DNA from: Oscillospiraceae bacterium
GTDB taxonomy: Bacteria; Bacillota; Clostridia; Christensenellales; UBA1242
Reading direction: 5' to 3'
DNA length: 49,138 nt
NCBI GenBank assembly: GCA_963636895.1
Contig: CAVHMC010000002.1
Coordinates: forward strand, 1-49,138
This document shows positions 18,209 to 33,300 of this stretch, in pieces. Every line of letters starts with the position of its first letter. The first letter of the stretch is position 1. The position numbers were made by a program, and so were the translations under genes. The notes under the pieces are model-generated. The model was given only the letters and a program-made list of their open reading frames with translations. It was not told where the DNA came from and made no database searches.

Positions 18209-18310
18209 ATGAAAAAAGGAAGATTGGGTTTTGTAGTTCTATTGCTTGTGAGCTTGTTCTGTGGCGGGCTTTTTGCTGTCGATTGGACAGGTGCAAGAGT
18301 TGTAAATGCG
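18209..18310 (+). other. Sec-type signal peptide of the giant protein
   Basis: MKKGRLGFVVLLLVSLFCGGLFAVDWTGARVVNA: basic N-region, hydrophobic core, and a VNA-D candidate cleavage site. SLFC is not a canonical lipobox. Confidence 0.7.
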
Positions 18311-21300
18311 GACTCCGTTGAGAGTGGGGCTGTCGTCGTCTACTATGTTGACGATACAAGTACTGCAGGTAGTGCTGATGGGCAGTCGAGCACACCTTTC
18401 CGAACTCTTCAAGAGGCTGTAAATGCGTGCAATGATTATTCCGATTTGTCAAGTGTTGATAGTTTTAAAATTGTTCTCAAATCTTCTCTTTTTATCGGGA
18501 ATGTCGGTACAGTTTTGTTTGAAAATAAAACGGGCAAGGATATTTACATTTTGAAAGATTCAACTTTTAGCGCAAAAAACGGCAACACTTCTATGATAAA
18601 TTTTGCGCAATTGGAAAGCGGTAAAAAACTCAACCTTGAATTTAACGGCAAAAATGGCAAATTTATTTTTGAGGGCAAGGATATTAAGGGCAATGAAGTT
18701 GTGGGCACTGCTCAACAAAGCGCACTTTGTATTGGGACAAAAAATAGTTCGGGCTCGGGTGCTGTGTATGTAAAAGATATGTCTTTAACGCTTACAAATG
18801 TAACCTTTCAAAATTTTAAATGTAAAAGCAATACATATGGTCTTGTTAATGTTGGGTGCAAGTCTACGCTTACAAATGTGGAGTTTAAGAACAACCAAGT
18901 GAGAGTGGATAGTTATTCGGAATACAACAACATGGGATATGTCTTCGACACGTCCTATTCAACGATAACTCCTTTTGAACAAAAATTTGACAGTTGTGTT
19001 TTTGAAGGGAATATTGGTGGGCTTATTTCTATTGAAAATAAAAACGACTCAATAAAAAATGTCATTATAAAAGATTGCACCTTTAAAAACAACTCTATTA
19101 AATTTGGTGCCCTTGTTAATTTGGACCAAATAGGTGTATCAAACGATAAACAGTCGTTGGCTGACGAGAAGACCTCTTCCTTGGGCTTTTCGGGGACGGA
19201 ATTTGTGGGCAACAAAGCTTTGACTACGGACACACAAGGTTCGTCGGCTTTTCTAATCAAAGCCACCAACATGTTAAGATTTGCGATGGAAAAAAGTTCG
19301 ACTAGAGTTCAAGCTGAGGGGCAGTCGGCAGATGAAGTAGGTTGCAATATCTTTAAAAATAACGAGTATGAAAGTTCCACCACAGACGCAAGTTATGCAG
19401 TAGATATTAGCGTAGCAACTATTGAAGAAAGCAAAAGTGCAATACAACTTAGTGATTTGGTTGTTGAAGATAACAATGCTACCAAAAAAGCCAATAGTTC
19501 GGCAGTGTTCTTTAGATTGTCAACGGGCAAAGGCTCGGTAAATAATGTGGTCGCAAAGAATAACCGTCAAAACTTGTTCTTGTCAAATGAAATGACGTCA
19601 ATGAATTTTGTTGACTCTACGTTTCAAGACGACAACACTTATGGCAATGGTCAATATGCGATAAAAATAGTGGACACTTTGGGGCAATGCAATTTTACAA
19701 TGAAAAACTGCACAATAAATTCGTTCAGGGCTAAAACGGGGAAGGAAAATGCTGTTGTTTGTGTGACGAATGCTTTTCAAACTGAATTTAATAATGTAAC
19801 CATAAAAAACATTGCAAATCAAACGAACACTTCTTTTGCTATAAAAATTATGGGTTGCTCAAATAATAAATTTATAGACATAAACATTGATAATTGCGAC
19901 AATGGTATCTATGTTGAAAAAGTGGGGTCTGGGCTATTTATAGATGGCGTATATTATGGCTTTTATATGTCAACTAGTAAAACAGAAAAAATGAACACCA
20001 TCTCCAACACTCGCGTTGTCTCAATATATTTGGGGGTCGTCAAAGGTATGGGTGAGACACAAGCCCTCATAAAAAATCTTAATTTGCAAAATAGTGGAAG
20101 AATTGAATATGGCGAAAGTAGTTCTAGCGTTGAAACAACGGACGAATATTCTTTTGAATTAAACAATGTCCACTATTATGGCAGGCATAGGTCAAAAGTT
20201 GAGAGTGACGACACAACGTATGGGGGGCTGTATGGCTTTAAATGGTTGTCGCTATACAACCTTTATCAAGTGATTATTGGCAACTGCTCTTATCATGACA
20301 ATAGCAAAGGGAGTTCTTGTGTGGCAAAGGTGGGCGACACAGCAACAACAGACAACTCTCAATTTGCAAATTCCATTATGGAGATAACAAATATAGCAAA
20401 CTATGTCATGATGTCTAATTGCCAATTTTACAACGTGGACAATACAAACACGGGAAATAGTTTGATTTCAATAAGCGTAAAAGAAGATTTAACCCTACAA
20501 AATTGCGAATTTAGAGGCTTCAACAACAACCTTTCGGGAGAAAAGTCAAGCTCGACTTTAATGAGCCTAAAAGCAAAAAATATATCGTTGACGAGCAATG
20601 TAACGATAGACGGGTATTGGGCTGGAAATAGTGCGATAAGATTGTCGGGGATTGAAGCTGGCTCTACAGCAAAGCTAGGTGACGTCACGTTTACGAACAA
20701 CAAATTGTGGATTTCTTCTGATAAAATGAACGAATGTGCCTTGCTTTATATTGACGCGAACAATTTTAGCAGTGTTAAAATTGGCAATACAATCTTTGGG
20801 TCGACAATGCCCGATACTGATGTGACTTCGGGCGGAAACCATATCACAGGTGCAAGCAATTATTATGGCGGGTTGATATGTATAAATGTTGATACAAGTA
20901 ATACCGAGAACAAAACAATAGAAATGTCAAACACCGTTATTGCGGGTAACATCGTGGAAAATGGCTATGCCTTGTTTGCTAGTGCGAAAAAATCAAATAT
21001 CACGTTAAGTGATGTAAAGTTGATACATAACGATATGTTGCGTACGGGGGAAAGTTCGGTCGGTGGAAGTACGATTAGATTAACTTCGTTTACTAAGGCA
21101 TCTTTGGATAACATCAAAATAGAAGATAGCAACATTTATGGATATGGTTACGATTTTTCGTATGTTGACGAAATATCTCTTACGAATAGCACATATAGTG
21201 GCAATGCTTGTGCGGGAACAACAAGTGGTTCATGCGCGGGCGCAGTGTCATTTTATGGTACAATTACAAATGCAAACATTGAGTCTTGTAGCTTTTTGGA

Positions 21301-24300
21301 TAACAAGTTTGGTAGCAACTTAATATATTATGACAATAGCAATAGTGCGGGGACTACGATAGCAACTCTCACTTTTAAGAAAAATCAATTAAAAAACAAC
21401 GAAGCTAAAAGGGTGAGTTATTTTACTAGCAAAGTGATTGTCGACTCAGATTACAAAGGCTGGTTGCTCAATTGTACTGCGGGACAAACTGTGGAATTGC
21501 AAGCCAATATAATAAGTGGTAACAAAGCAAATATCCTTAGTTTAACAAAAATAACCGGTTCTATCATTATTGATGGTGGTGAAATAACAGACAATACTAT
21601 CCCAAAATCAAACGACGGAGTGGCTAGTTCTTTCTCCAACTCTTGTATACTCAACATTCAATCTATACTAAAAACTATCAAAATTATTGGTGGGCTTGAG
21701 ATTTCACGCAATACGGTGGTGGGCAATAGTTCGATAAATTCACAAGATTCAAAGACTTACACCTTTATCAATATTTCGTCTTGTCTTGATTGGACAAATG
21801 CTTTTTATGGCAAAGTAGAATTGCTTTATATTGATGAAATTATTTGCAAGGACAATGTTTCTCTTGCTTCGGACATGATTTTGACAAGTTTGTTCCGCAT
21901 TTATAGTGTTGTAGAAACGGAAATCAAAAATGCAAATATAGAAAACAACTTTTCAAATGCAACCTTAGATTGTGTCCTTTCGTTGCCTTCAGAAAATTCC
22001 AAGCGTTTTTCGTTTACAAGTGGGACAATTTCGGGACATGATACAGTAAAAAATATTTTGTCGACATCTAGTGGTCGCCAATATGCACCTCAAATAAATT
22101 TTGCAGACTCCACCATATCTGGCAATACTTTTAGGTCCTATGCTTTTGGACAAGGGAGCGGAGAGTTGTATTATACGTTGAGTTTAAACAATTTAAAATT
22201 TGTTTATAACGTTGTAACCGCTACCAGCAATGACGATACAAATTTAATTTATTTGGGTTTGGTTCATGTTAGAAACGAAAAAATGTCCATAGACAAATGT
22301 GAGTTTTTATACAATGTATCAAGCAATGTAAGCACTGCGGGCGTTTATTTCAACAATGCCAGAGGGTCATACTCCTACGAACTTAAAAATTGTGTGTTTA
22401 CGGGCAACAAGGGGGCTAATGGTAGTGCTGTATATGTTGCAGATGGGGTAACGGTAACTTTGACTAGTTGTACAGTAGATTTAAACGAATCAACATCTGG
22501 GGCTATTTATTCAAGGAGCAAACTTACCCTAAACGATTGTACCTTTTACAAAAACAACGCAAGTGCAAATGGTGGCGTAATAAATGGTTCGAATATTTAC
22601 GTCAATGGGTGCACTTTTAAAGAAAATAGTGCAAAGTTTGGTGGTGCAATTTATCTTGTGAGTTCGGGTACTTTGATTATTGACAAGGGGTATCAAGGAA
22701 GGACCATTTTTGATGGAAATTATGTAAAAACACCAGACTCTTCTTCCAAGACGACCTTGAGTGGTGGTGCCTTGTACCTTGGTAGCAAATCGGTTACTTT
22801 GTCTTATGGCAATTTGTTCCAAAACTGCTACATCTCGGGTGGCAGTAGCGACACGATGCAGGGTGGAGCAATTTATGTCGGGACAAATGCCTCTCTTAAT
22901 CTTGAAAAGAATAGTAAAAATGGTTATGTTTCCGAATTTATAAACAATGGTAAAAGTTCCAATTATGGCGGTGCAATCGCAAACTTTGGTTCTATATATA
23001 TGAAAGACGTCGTTGCAAGCGGAAATATTGCCCAAAATGGCGGTTTTGTCTATCAACCAATAAATGAAAGCAATGTTGCGTCTTTGGAGATTTACGATAG
23101 CACAATTTCCTCTTGCTATGCAGAGGGTACAACGGATACCACAGGTCTTGGTGGCGGGTTGTACTTATCTAGCAAAGTTATTGTGTCGGGGTGTACCTTT
23201 GTCGATAATGTTGCAAATAGCTATGGTGGGGCAATTTACTATAAGGAGACAAGGACTAAAGAAGAGGGCATAGATATCCTAAATTGCACTTTCAGCGGTT
23301 CTACGGCAAACTCTTGCCATGGTACAGCCATTGCAATTGCCAATGGCAACACCGAATATGTGGTAATCAACAACGTTACGGTTAACAACACTTCTGGCGA
23401 GAGTGGAATTTTTGTTGGAGACGGCAATGTTCAAATAGAAGACCTTGAGACAACTGCCGATATAAAGGTTGGCATGGAAGTTGCAATTGCAAACACAAGG
23501 ACTTCGGTGGTGTATTTGGGGAGAAAAATTGTTTTGCCACAAGCATCTAGTGGTGCAGGGCTTACGACAAATGTCGCACTAAAATTATTTAGTGTTTTGC
23601 TTGACGAAAGCACTATTGCTATAAGTCCAACTTTTGAAGGCGTGGTGCTTGAGAGCGACGGGTCATATGTTATCAAGAGTAGCGACTTTAACAAACTTCA
23701 AAGTTGCAATACAAAGTACAAACTTTCCTTTAAAATAAACGATGGAACTAATTTTACAAAGAACACAGTTAATGCAGTTGCAGTTGATAGTGGCAGTGTA
23801 TGTGTAGCAAACGACTTTTATGGCTTTTCTACAGACAAAAATTCGCCTACTTCAGCGCTTCAAGTTTTTGCATACAATTATGGAAGCAATGTGGAAATTC
23901 TTTATGGGACAAGCATAGACGCTTGCACAAGTACAGAATGGATAACAGGGCTAGACCTTGGCGTTTTGCATACAATTTACTATGAAGTAAAAGTTGATAG
24001 CGTGACAAAAGCCAAAGGACAAGGATACGTATTTATGGAAAATGCCATAGGTATTTATGTTGCAGTTTTGCCAACTATAGGGACTGTGCAAGTGGATACT
24101 TCTTTGGACAATGGTGCTATTTCTGGCGGGGAAGTCGTGGAGTATGGCGACACAAGTGCTCGTATTGCGGGTACGTTTAGTTGGGCTCTTGATAGCAATG
24201 GGCAGGTTGTTTCTCCAACGGAAACGGGCTTAAATAGGTTTAATATTGTGTTTACTCCAAAGGATAGCAAGTATGCTTCTATTACCTTCGGTGTCGTGGT

Positions 24301-27300
24301 AGAAGTGGTGGGGTACGGTGTTGTTTATTATGGAGTAAAAGACACCGGCTCGCTTGTCACACAAGAAATGTATAAGACTGCGGAAGATGCAAAAAAGAAT
24401 GACAACCCTATTATTACTAGGGGAATTTTAGATAGCGATATCTTTACCGAAATGATGAAAAAGATGGCCGATGGCGGAACAATATATATGTTTAAAAATT
24501 GTGCCTATCCTGTCAATCTTTACGTTGACGGCAAGACAATTTATATCAAAAAATATGCTAGTGATGCTGACCCATCTACCTTATCAACAACTAAATATAA
24601 TGAACATACAAATTCCGCTATGTTTTCCTTTGTCACAATGGTGAGCGGAAGTATCTCTTTTGGTTCCGCCAATATGACGGGTAAAATTATAATTGATGGC
24701 GATGGGAAGAAGAGTTATTATCCACTTATTGAACTAGGTGGCTTTGATACCACAATAGTGAATGCAAGTTTCTACAACGGAGTAGAAATAACCAATTTCA
24801 ATGGTATCGGTTGTTCGGCAATAGGGGTTGTGGGCTATATCAACTTGACAATATATGGCTTAAAGGCAACCAATTGCAATTATATTCTTCCGCGCAATTT
24901 GGATAATGATGACGTTACAGTCCCAATAGAGAAAGTCGCGGGTAGAAACAATCCAATCTTGTATTATGGTGGTGCGGTTTTATCTACAAGAACGGGGTAT
25001 ATAGCGGACAATTCTAGCAACACGCGCTATACTCCAAGAGTTACGATAGAAGATTTTGAAGCGGACAATTGCTCGTCAGAGTCTTATGGTGGTGCTATAT
25101 GTATAACAAGCATGCCTGTGGGTTGTCAGTTTTATATAAACAAAGATAGTAGAGGCAATATTGCTATGGGTATGCTTTGCGATAATACAAGATATTATCC
25201 TATATCTATAGCAAATATGACTATATCAAATTGTTCTGCAGTGAAAGGTGGCGGTGCTTTTGCTACCTTGTGCGCGACAGGACTTGTTATAAAGAATATG
25301 ACGCTTACAAACAATAGTACAAACGGAAACGGTGGTGCTATATACCTAAAATATGCCGAGTCTATGTACAAAGGCGAGATATCCAACAACCATGCGGACA
25401 AATATGGTGGCGGAATTTATGTGGAAAATCAACCAACAAGTGTGGCTACTGCAAATTCGTTGACAGATACAGAAAAACAAAACACCACTTATTATGATGT
25501 AGAACTTGGTATTAATGCGCAAAACACTTTGGATATATTGTCCAACTCTGCAGGTCTTCTTGGTGGCGGTGTCTATGCAGAGAATGGGCTTACAATGTCT
25601 TATGCCAACATTATATCCAACACTATAACCATTGGAGAGACTTTTAGTGGAGATTTGGGCGATTGGTGTTTCTATGGTGCGGGTATTTATGCAAATTGCG
25701 AAAAGACAACCAACCAATACAAGCTTGATACGGTAAGGCTTACGCTTAGCAATTGCGTTGTAAAAAACAACAAGATAATCAACAACAATGCAAATGTGAT
25801 TAAACTTGCAGGTGCGGGTATTTATGCAAAAGAAATTAGTCTTAGCAACGTAACAATAACGCAAAACTCCATAATTCTCAATGTCAAAACAACGAGCACA
25901 ATTTTTATGCAAGGTGCAGGTTTGTCGTTGCAAAAAATAAATTCTACAAGTAATACAATCGAAAATTGTGAGATTACAAATAACAATATAAAGGTTTTTG
26001 TCTCCACCGAGGCTTTTGTGGGTGGGGCAGGTGTTTCTTTGGCTTCGTCTACACCAGACAGTAACGGGATAGAAAACATGCTTACCATCAAGAACTCCGA
26101 CACCTCAAACAACTTCTTTGATATTGCAAGTGCTTCTGACAAGGTTGTCTCCAAATACTCTCAAGTTTTAGTGGAAGCTCTTTATAATTCAGAGGAAGAT
26201 AGTGCTACAACTACAGTAGTGCTTACTCTTGATGGTGTTACAAGTTATTCTACAAGCAAAGAGGGTGGGATAGGCAGTATAGGGATAGGTGTTTCTGGCT
26301 CGCAACCTATTTTGTCAAGCAAAATCAATGTGTCTCTCATTCGTCTCACAGGCTTGCTAAATATCACTTCCGCTCTCGAGGCTACGAGTTTCACTTCTGG
26401 CATGCCGGGTGGTTGTACCAATTTGCATGACGACTATGAAATAGATTACTATTGCTCCATATATGCTTATGATTTGGATAAAGATTCAGTTGTTAAGATT
26501 AATATAACCGAAGAAAATGGCGTAGAAAAATATCAAATTGTTCAATTTGACCAAGAATATGCACGTTCGCTTTCTTCCACAGATAGCGACATATACGAGT
26601 TGGGGGCTAACGCCATCAATGAGCAAAACAAGGTGACGATTGACGTTTTGAGCAGTCTAAGAAATATTTTTGATTTTACGATTGTAAAAACCATGTCCGA
26701 AGGCGAAACAAAGATAGAATACAAAAAATTTTATTCAACAATTGGTTTGATAAGTGTAGACACTTATTCTACAACAATTTACGGTCCATTTGCAGTTTAT
26801 GCACAAAAGACAAGCGATACAACTTTGCTAGAAGAAATTTTCTGGGACCCTATTAATGGCAACGATAGCTATTCGGGTTCTACAGCAAAATATTCTGTAA
26901 AGACTTTGGAAAACGCTGTAAAGAAATCTATTAGTGGCGCAACAATTTATTTAATCAACAGCCTTGAAATAACCAAAAACACAACCTTAACAGCAAAAAA
27001 TAGGATAATTCAACGTAATTCCAACAATAAAATAACAATAAGGGCGGGCGTCACTTTGACTTTACAAGACATCGTTTTTGATGAAAGTAACGCTACGACG
27101 CAATATGGAACACTTATTGATATTCTCACAGGTGGGACACTTGTTGTAGAGACAGGCACAAATATAACAAACCTTCAATCAAACAACTCACAAGCCTTTT
27201 CTTCAATTATAAACAATAGGGGCAATCTTATCATCAATGGTGGGCAATTTACCTTAAACTCCGTCAATGGCAGTGGTGGAATTATTTATTCAACGGGGGC

Positions 27301-30300
27301 AATTGAGATAAATGACGGCTTCTTTAGCGACAACTTTGCTTTGCAAGGCTCAGTTGCTTGGATTGAAGCGGGCGAAGTTATTATAAATGGCGGAAGTTTT
27401 GTGAGAAATAGACAATACTCTTCTAGCGACGTGACTTCCCTAGTTGTTCAAAAAGGTGGTGTGTTTTATGTCAACGAAAAAGCAACCCTTACCATCAACG
27501 ATGGGTCCTTTGAAGGCAACAATGCAATGTTGGGGGCTGTGATTTATAGCGTAGGCAAGGTCAATATTACGGGCGGTGTGTTCTATAACAACAATGCAAG
27601 AACTGCCAAAGATTATACAGACGACCTTTACACCTACTATGCTCCGGGTTTTGGTGGTGTAGGATACTTTGAAAAGGGCACAGCAAATGTTAGCGGTGGT
27701 AATTTCGAAGCAAATGTTGCCACCAATGGGGCTGTGTTTGTCGTGGGGAGCGTAAATACTTCTGCACAACTAGATATTAGTTCAAAGGCGGTGTTCTACA
27801 ACAACTCGGCTATTACTTTGACGGGCGCTAGAGATAAATATCTTACAAGCTTTACCTCAGCTACTACATGGTCAAAAAATAACCTTTCTAATAAGATTAT
27901 TAATAATATGAAATTCGGCTCGGGCGGTGTGATTTTTGGCTATCAAAATGCTACTATAAACATCTCAGGCGGAGACATAAATAGCAATATTTCAGCCAAC
28001 TATGGTGGGGCTTTGTACGTGCTTGGGAGCACACTTGTCATTTCGGGCGGTGCAATAAGGAACAATAGAATAGACTTTTATGGTTCGGTAGAAAGTGACA
28101 ACAGCGAGTACAATTCTAGGAAAAATAGAGACACAAAGGGTGGCGCTATATACTATGAAGGCATGGAGAACCTAGAAGGGTTTAGTTTTGTCAACAACGA
28201 AATAGATGCGGATACTCAAGCGATTACAAATACAACGATTTCTTCCATAAAGAATCCAAGATTTGTTATAAAGGGTGGTGTAATTAGTGGCAACTTAGCC
28301 AACCAAGGCTCTGCAATTTATTTGGCTACAGGCTCTAGCAACGCTTATTATGCAAGTTTGGTTATCTCTGGGGGAGAAATTGTCAGCAATGGCGAATTTG
28401 AGTTTAGGTATTATGGGACTTCTCAAGCGCAACAGGTCAATGGCGGAGCGATTTATGCCGTTGCAAATACCTTTATTGAGATGAAAGATGATGCATACAT
28501 TGCATGCAACAAAGCATTTTTTGCTGGCGCAATATATACAGACGGAAATATCCTTGTCAATGGTGGAAGAATTGAAAACAATGAAACAAACAACGAGACA
28601 AGTACCACCGCTTCAGCAATTTATGCGGGCGGGGAAAACGGCTCTGTTGTAATTAGAGATGGCATCATTTCTAACAACCTTGCACATGCTGGCAAATTAT
28701 ATAGCACGCCTGCAGTATATGTGGTGGCAGGGGGTTTGTATCTTGGCGAAAACGCATACGTTTTTGGCAACAATAACGAATACATACTAGAAGGCTCTAT
28801 AAAACAAAGGCAAATCGATATTCTTTTTGAAAAATTGGTAGATGGAAGCAAGAAAAATGTTTTTATTTACGACAATTTTTCGAGTAGCGCAAAAATAGGC
28901 TTTTATTCTCAAGAGACAAATATAGGGACAAAGAAATTACGTTTTGCACAAGTCAACCCTAAGGCGTGTGATAGTGCGGTTGTAAAAGTGTTTGAAAACA
29001 CAAGTGACAATACTATTTATCTTGCACTCATCGGTACGGGGCTTTATATTGGTGCACAAGAGATAAAGACTGTAAAATACACCGCAAGCGATTACATTGC
29101 AAGGCGAGACGGAGACGTGCATGGTATTGACATAACAATTGAAGAAGCATCAAATACGATTGAGCCGGAATTCCTTTGCTTAGAAGAAGGCGTGATTAAC
29201 TACTATGGAAATGATCTCTCAAAAGTTTATGAAGCAAAGAAAAACGACTCGGAGTGGGTAAAAGAAAATCCAAAGGTGGCAAGTGGCACATATTATGTTC
29301 TCTTTAGATTTTATGACACTTTAACTAGCACATATTTGACTGATGCAAATGGCAATGACTTTTATGATTATAGGGTTATAAAAATAACCACAAAAGATTA
29401 TTTTGTAGAGAAAAACCCTACAGTAACCACTGAGCTTATCGCGGGAGTGAATTATGTCGCTAGTGGTGGGAGTGAAAACGTATATGTTATTAGATTTGTA
29501 GAAAACGATTGGAAGGTTGTTGACAGCCTAAATAATGCAATAGTTCTAGATGGCGTTTTCATGTTGGCCTCGACAAGTATCAAATTTGATACTATTGGCA
29601 AACAATACATGCTCGTAAAATATATTCCAGAAGATAAAACATATGCCGAAAAGACTTTTGCTATAGAAGTTTTTGTCAGCGCACAAGATATTTATTACAG
29701 CGAGAGTAAAGGGACTTTCTACCTTGACGAAAACTTGACTCTCAAGGCCTTTACTACAGATTCAAGCATAGCGCCTACAATGAAAGATGCCCTTGATGCT
29801 CTTACCGCAAATGGTAGCATTGTAATTAAAGACGGAAGTTATAAGGTAACAAGCAACGAAGAATGGAATATTGTTAACAAAACAATAGTCTTCAAAAGGG
29901 GTACAAATGCAAAAGATGCATTGATTGAGACGGTGAAGGGCTCTTTGACTATCAATGCAACAGGGACAGGCTCACTGACTATTGATGGAGGTGCTTTGTG
30001 GTTTGAGGAAGTATCTTCCGGCAAGTGGAACGACTCCGACCCTACAAAAATTGATGTAAGTAAGCAATATCAACAAACTTCTGGACTTCAATCTAGAGGT
30101 GCGTTGATTTACGCAAAGTCAAACGTCACAATTTCGGGCAAGGTAATTTTGCAAAACAATGAAAATACGGATAATGGCGGTGCAATTTACGCTGAGTCGG
30201 GTGTAGTAACCTTGTCAAACGGCGTGTCTATTTTAAGCAATATGGCACAAAATGGTGGGGCTATTTACATAGGCAATACTGCTGACCTTAACATAAAGAA

Positions 30301-33300
30301 TTCGGGCGAACAAGTTGTAATAAAACAAAATGCAACAAGAAGTGGCTTTGGTGGTGCAATATATGTCTCTACGGGTCGTGAACTTGCAATAGACAATGCA
30401 AATATCACCACAAACTTGGCTCGTGGCAGTGGTGGGGCGATATATGCTTTTGATGCAAAATCTTTAAATTTAACCAACACTATTATAGATAATTGTAAAA
30501 GTACAGATTCGACAATATATGTGTCTGTGTCTTCAAAGGACACTGTGTTGACCTTGAAAGATTGCAACTTCACTGTGCCAACAGATGTAGACGTAAAAGG
30601 GATAATCTATTCTGGCAACAAGACAAAGATGGCGGGTGTTGTGTTTGAGGGCGAGAACTACTTTAGAGGGTCAATTCTTCTTGACGAGAATATCTTTATA
30701 CACGACAAATCTTCCGCTTTGAAAGAGGACAGTGCTGTTGGTGTAAAAAGATTAAATGATGAAGAAAGCATAGCCGACATATTGGTCGCGTTGTCAAATA
30801 CATCAAGCGATGATTATTCTTCAAAATATTCACTTATATCTGATAATACAAAACTTGTTAATATTACTACACATAATGCCGACAATTATTACAATGAAAA
30901 AGGTTATGCAAATTATGTGACAATAAATGGTAAACAAATTGCCACAAATACTCTCCAAATCGGTGGCGGGTTTGAGGCTTCAATTTTGCCATATCAAGGG
31001 GCTACAAACACTTACACAATAAAGATGGAATATGGCAAGTTGTATGGAGATTATTTCAATGCAAACAATACAAAGATAAGCAATGTAAAACTTTCTGACG
31101 GCACGTATGGCGAGATAGACTTGACACAAGAGAAAGTTGGATACAAAAAGATTTCTTATGAGTTAAATCTAAATAGTGACAATAAGACGATGAATATGTC
31201 GTATCAAGTTGTTTATAACGCTGGGATAAAGATAATCGCCACGTGGGAGCAAGCACAACCTACCTTTGAGGTAGAAGTTTACACTTTTGATGAAAAAATT
31301 GAAACTGAAGATAGCAAAGGTACTGTAGTAGGTTATAAAGGGCTAAATAAAGTAGAAGCAGTGAAGGGCACTTACAATACAACCTATGGCAAGCAAGTGC
31401 TTGTAAAAGTTACAATAACCAACAGAAACGACACCGATTTTAGTTATAGGGTAAATAGTGCCAATGGGGAATTTACTCAAGAGCGTGATAGCGAAGACGA
31501 TGTCTATTTTGCATATATTTTAAAAGAGGCTTCTATATATGACTTTACAATAATTTCTATCGCAACAAATAATGTAACGCAAGACGATAAGCGAAGTGAA
31601 CAAAAGGTTACAGTTAATATTGCAAAAGCGATTATAGACTTGAAACTAGACGACTCGGTGTTGTCACGCACCTTTGACGGCAACGACATGTCTATACAAG
31701 TAAGCGATTTAATTGTCGACACTAAACTAGAATACAACGATAGCAAAGACGACCTTAACCTTGCCATTGTGACAAGTGCAAAAGAGAAGGGAGACAGTGG
31801 TGCCACTGCTCGCAATGTGGGGACTTACAATTGTGTTGTGTCGGTGGGCAATAACAACTATCAATTGTCAAGCGCGACATTGGCTTGGCACATAACCCCA
31901 CTTCAACTTAAAATTAGCCATTATATTGATATTTGGGATAACAACAAAATATATACAAATGATTTCCAAGGCGGAAGTCACTACCTTGTCCCATGTTTTG
32001 AGAATGTAAAGGGGAGCGACAAAGTCAACGTCTCCATATCTACACAAAATTACAGCACAAGTGAAACAGAGACTTTGATATATCAATTTAGCAACGTTGA
32101 CCCTTATACCTTGCTAAATGATTTGATAAAACCAACGTCACATTCTTTAAAAGCCCCTTTCTTTAGCAAAATAGGCAAGTATATTGGGAATATTGAAAAA
32201 ATATACAATATTGATAACAATTATAAATTGTCAGACGACGAGCAAGATACCACTTATACATACACGTGGAATATCACAAAGTCTCAAGCCTTTATTTCCA
32301 AATTTGTTTTGTCAGACGGAACTCCTACAAATAAAGAAGAGATAATAGCCAACACCATAGTCGGTGGGGCTTATGATATGGGGAGCAAGACATATTCGGG
32401 CAACACAAAGTACCTTTCGGTTATCATGAAAGATTCTGTAGGCAACGAGATTACAAGTGGCTTAACTTTGGAACTTACATTATACAATAATACAACAAAT
32501 GTTAAAGTGGGAGAGACAAAGACCGTTATTGTTGGAGTGGGCGACCCCTTTGACACAAGCAAATTTGTTTCCTTTACAAATGCGGGGACATATAGGCTAG
32601 AAGTTAAAGTAACTGAAGGCTACGATATGGACACAAAGTCTGTTTATAAGGCTATCTTTAACCTTGAAAAAGAGCAACTCACGCTTCAATGGGCATTGGG
32701 TATAGCGACAAGTGAGAGTGAAGAGGTGTCGGAATACACAAGAAATGAATCTATAAATGGCACATATCACTTGGCTATATCATATCTAGCAAAAGAAGTT
32801 TATGCATATGTAACAGGTGCCACTGTAAATGGGGAAGCTTTTAATATAGTGTCAGACATGTTTGAATATGCAAAGGGTCTTGACGAAGTCTTCACAACAA
32901 ATTGCAAAAACTTAAGTCTTAGAGACAATACAAAGAATTTGGAAGTGGAAAGGGTGGTGCGATTGACAAGCACCTATAGCGACAACTACGAAATTGTCTC
33001 CAATGCAAGTTGTCTTGTCTTTATCTCAAAAACAAAACTTTCTGTAACTTGGGACTCAAACACACAAAAAGAATTTACAGGTAGTGATATACTCTTTGAA
33101 CCTACCGTCAAGACAAATTTGAACGAGGTAGTAAACGTAAGTAGTTTTTATGACCTTAGTGGCAATAAATACACAGCAATTAATAGTTATACGTGTACAA
33201 TACAAGGGACACAAGCTCTTGAAGACTCAAACTATTATATTGCAACAGAAGACACAACATGTGCATGGTCCATTATACCTAAAGAGATAACTCTAGAGTG

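Noticed and set aside
17526-18452. Three minus-strand ORFs (98, 78 and 131 aa) encoding Phe/Leu/Tyr-rich peptides
   Set aside because: They are the translation of the T-rich complement of the A-skewed tract, so they are composition artefacts. The 98-aa ORF starts at a non-ATG (TTG) codon. The third overlaps the start of the giant gene in antisense.
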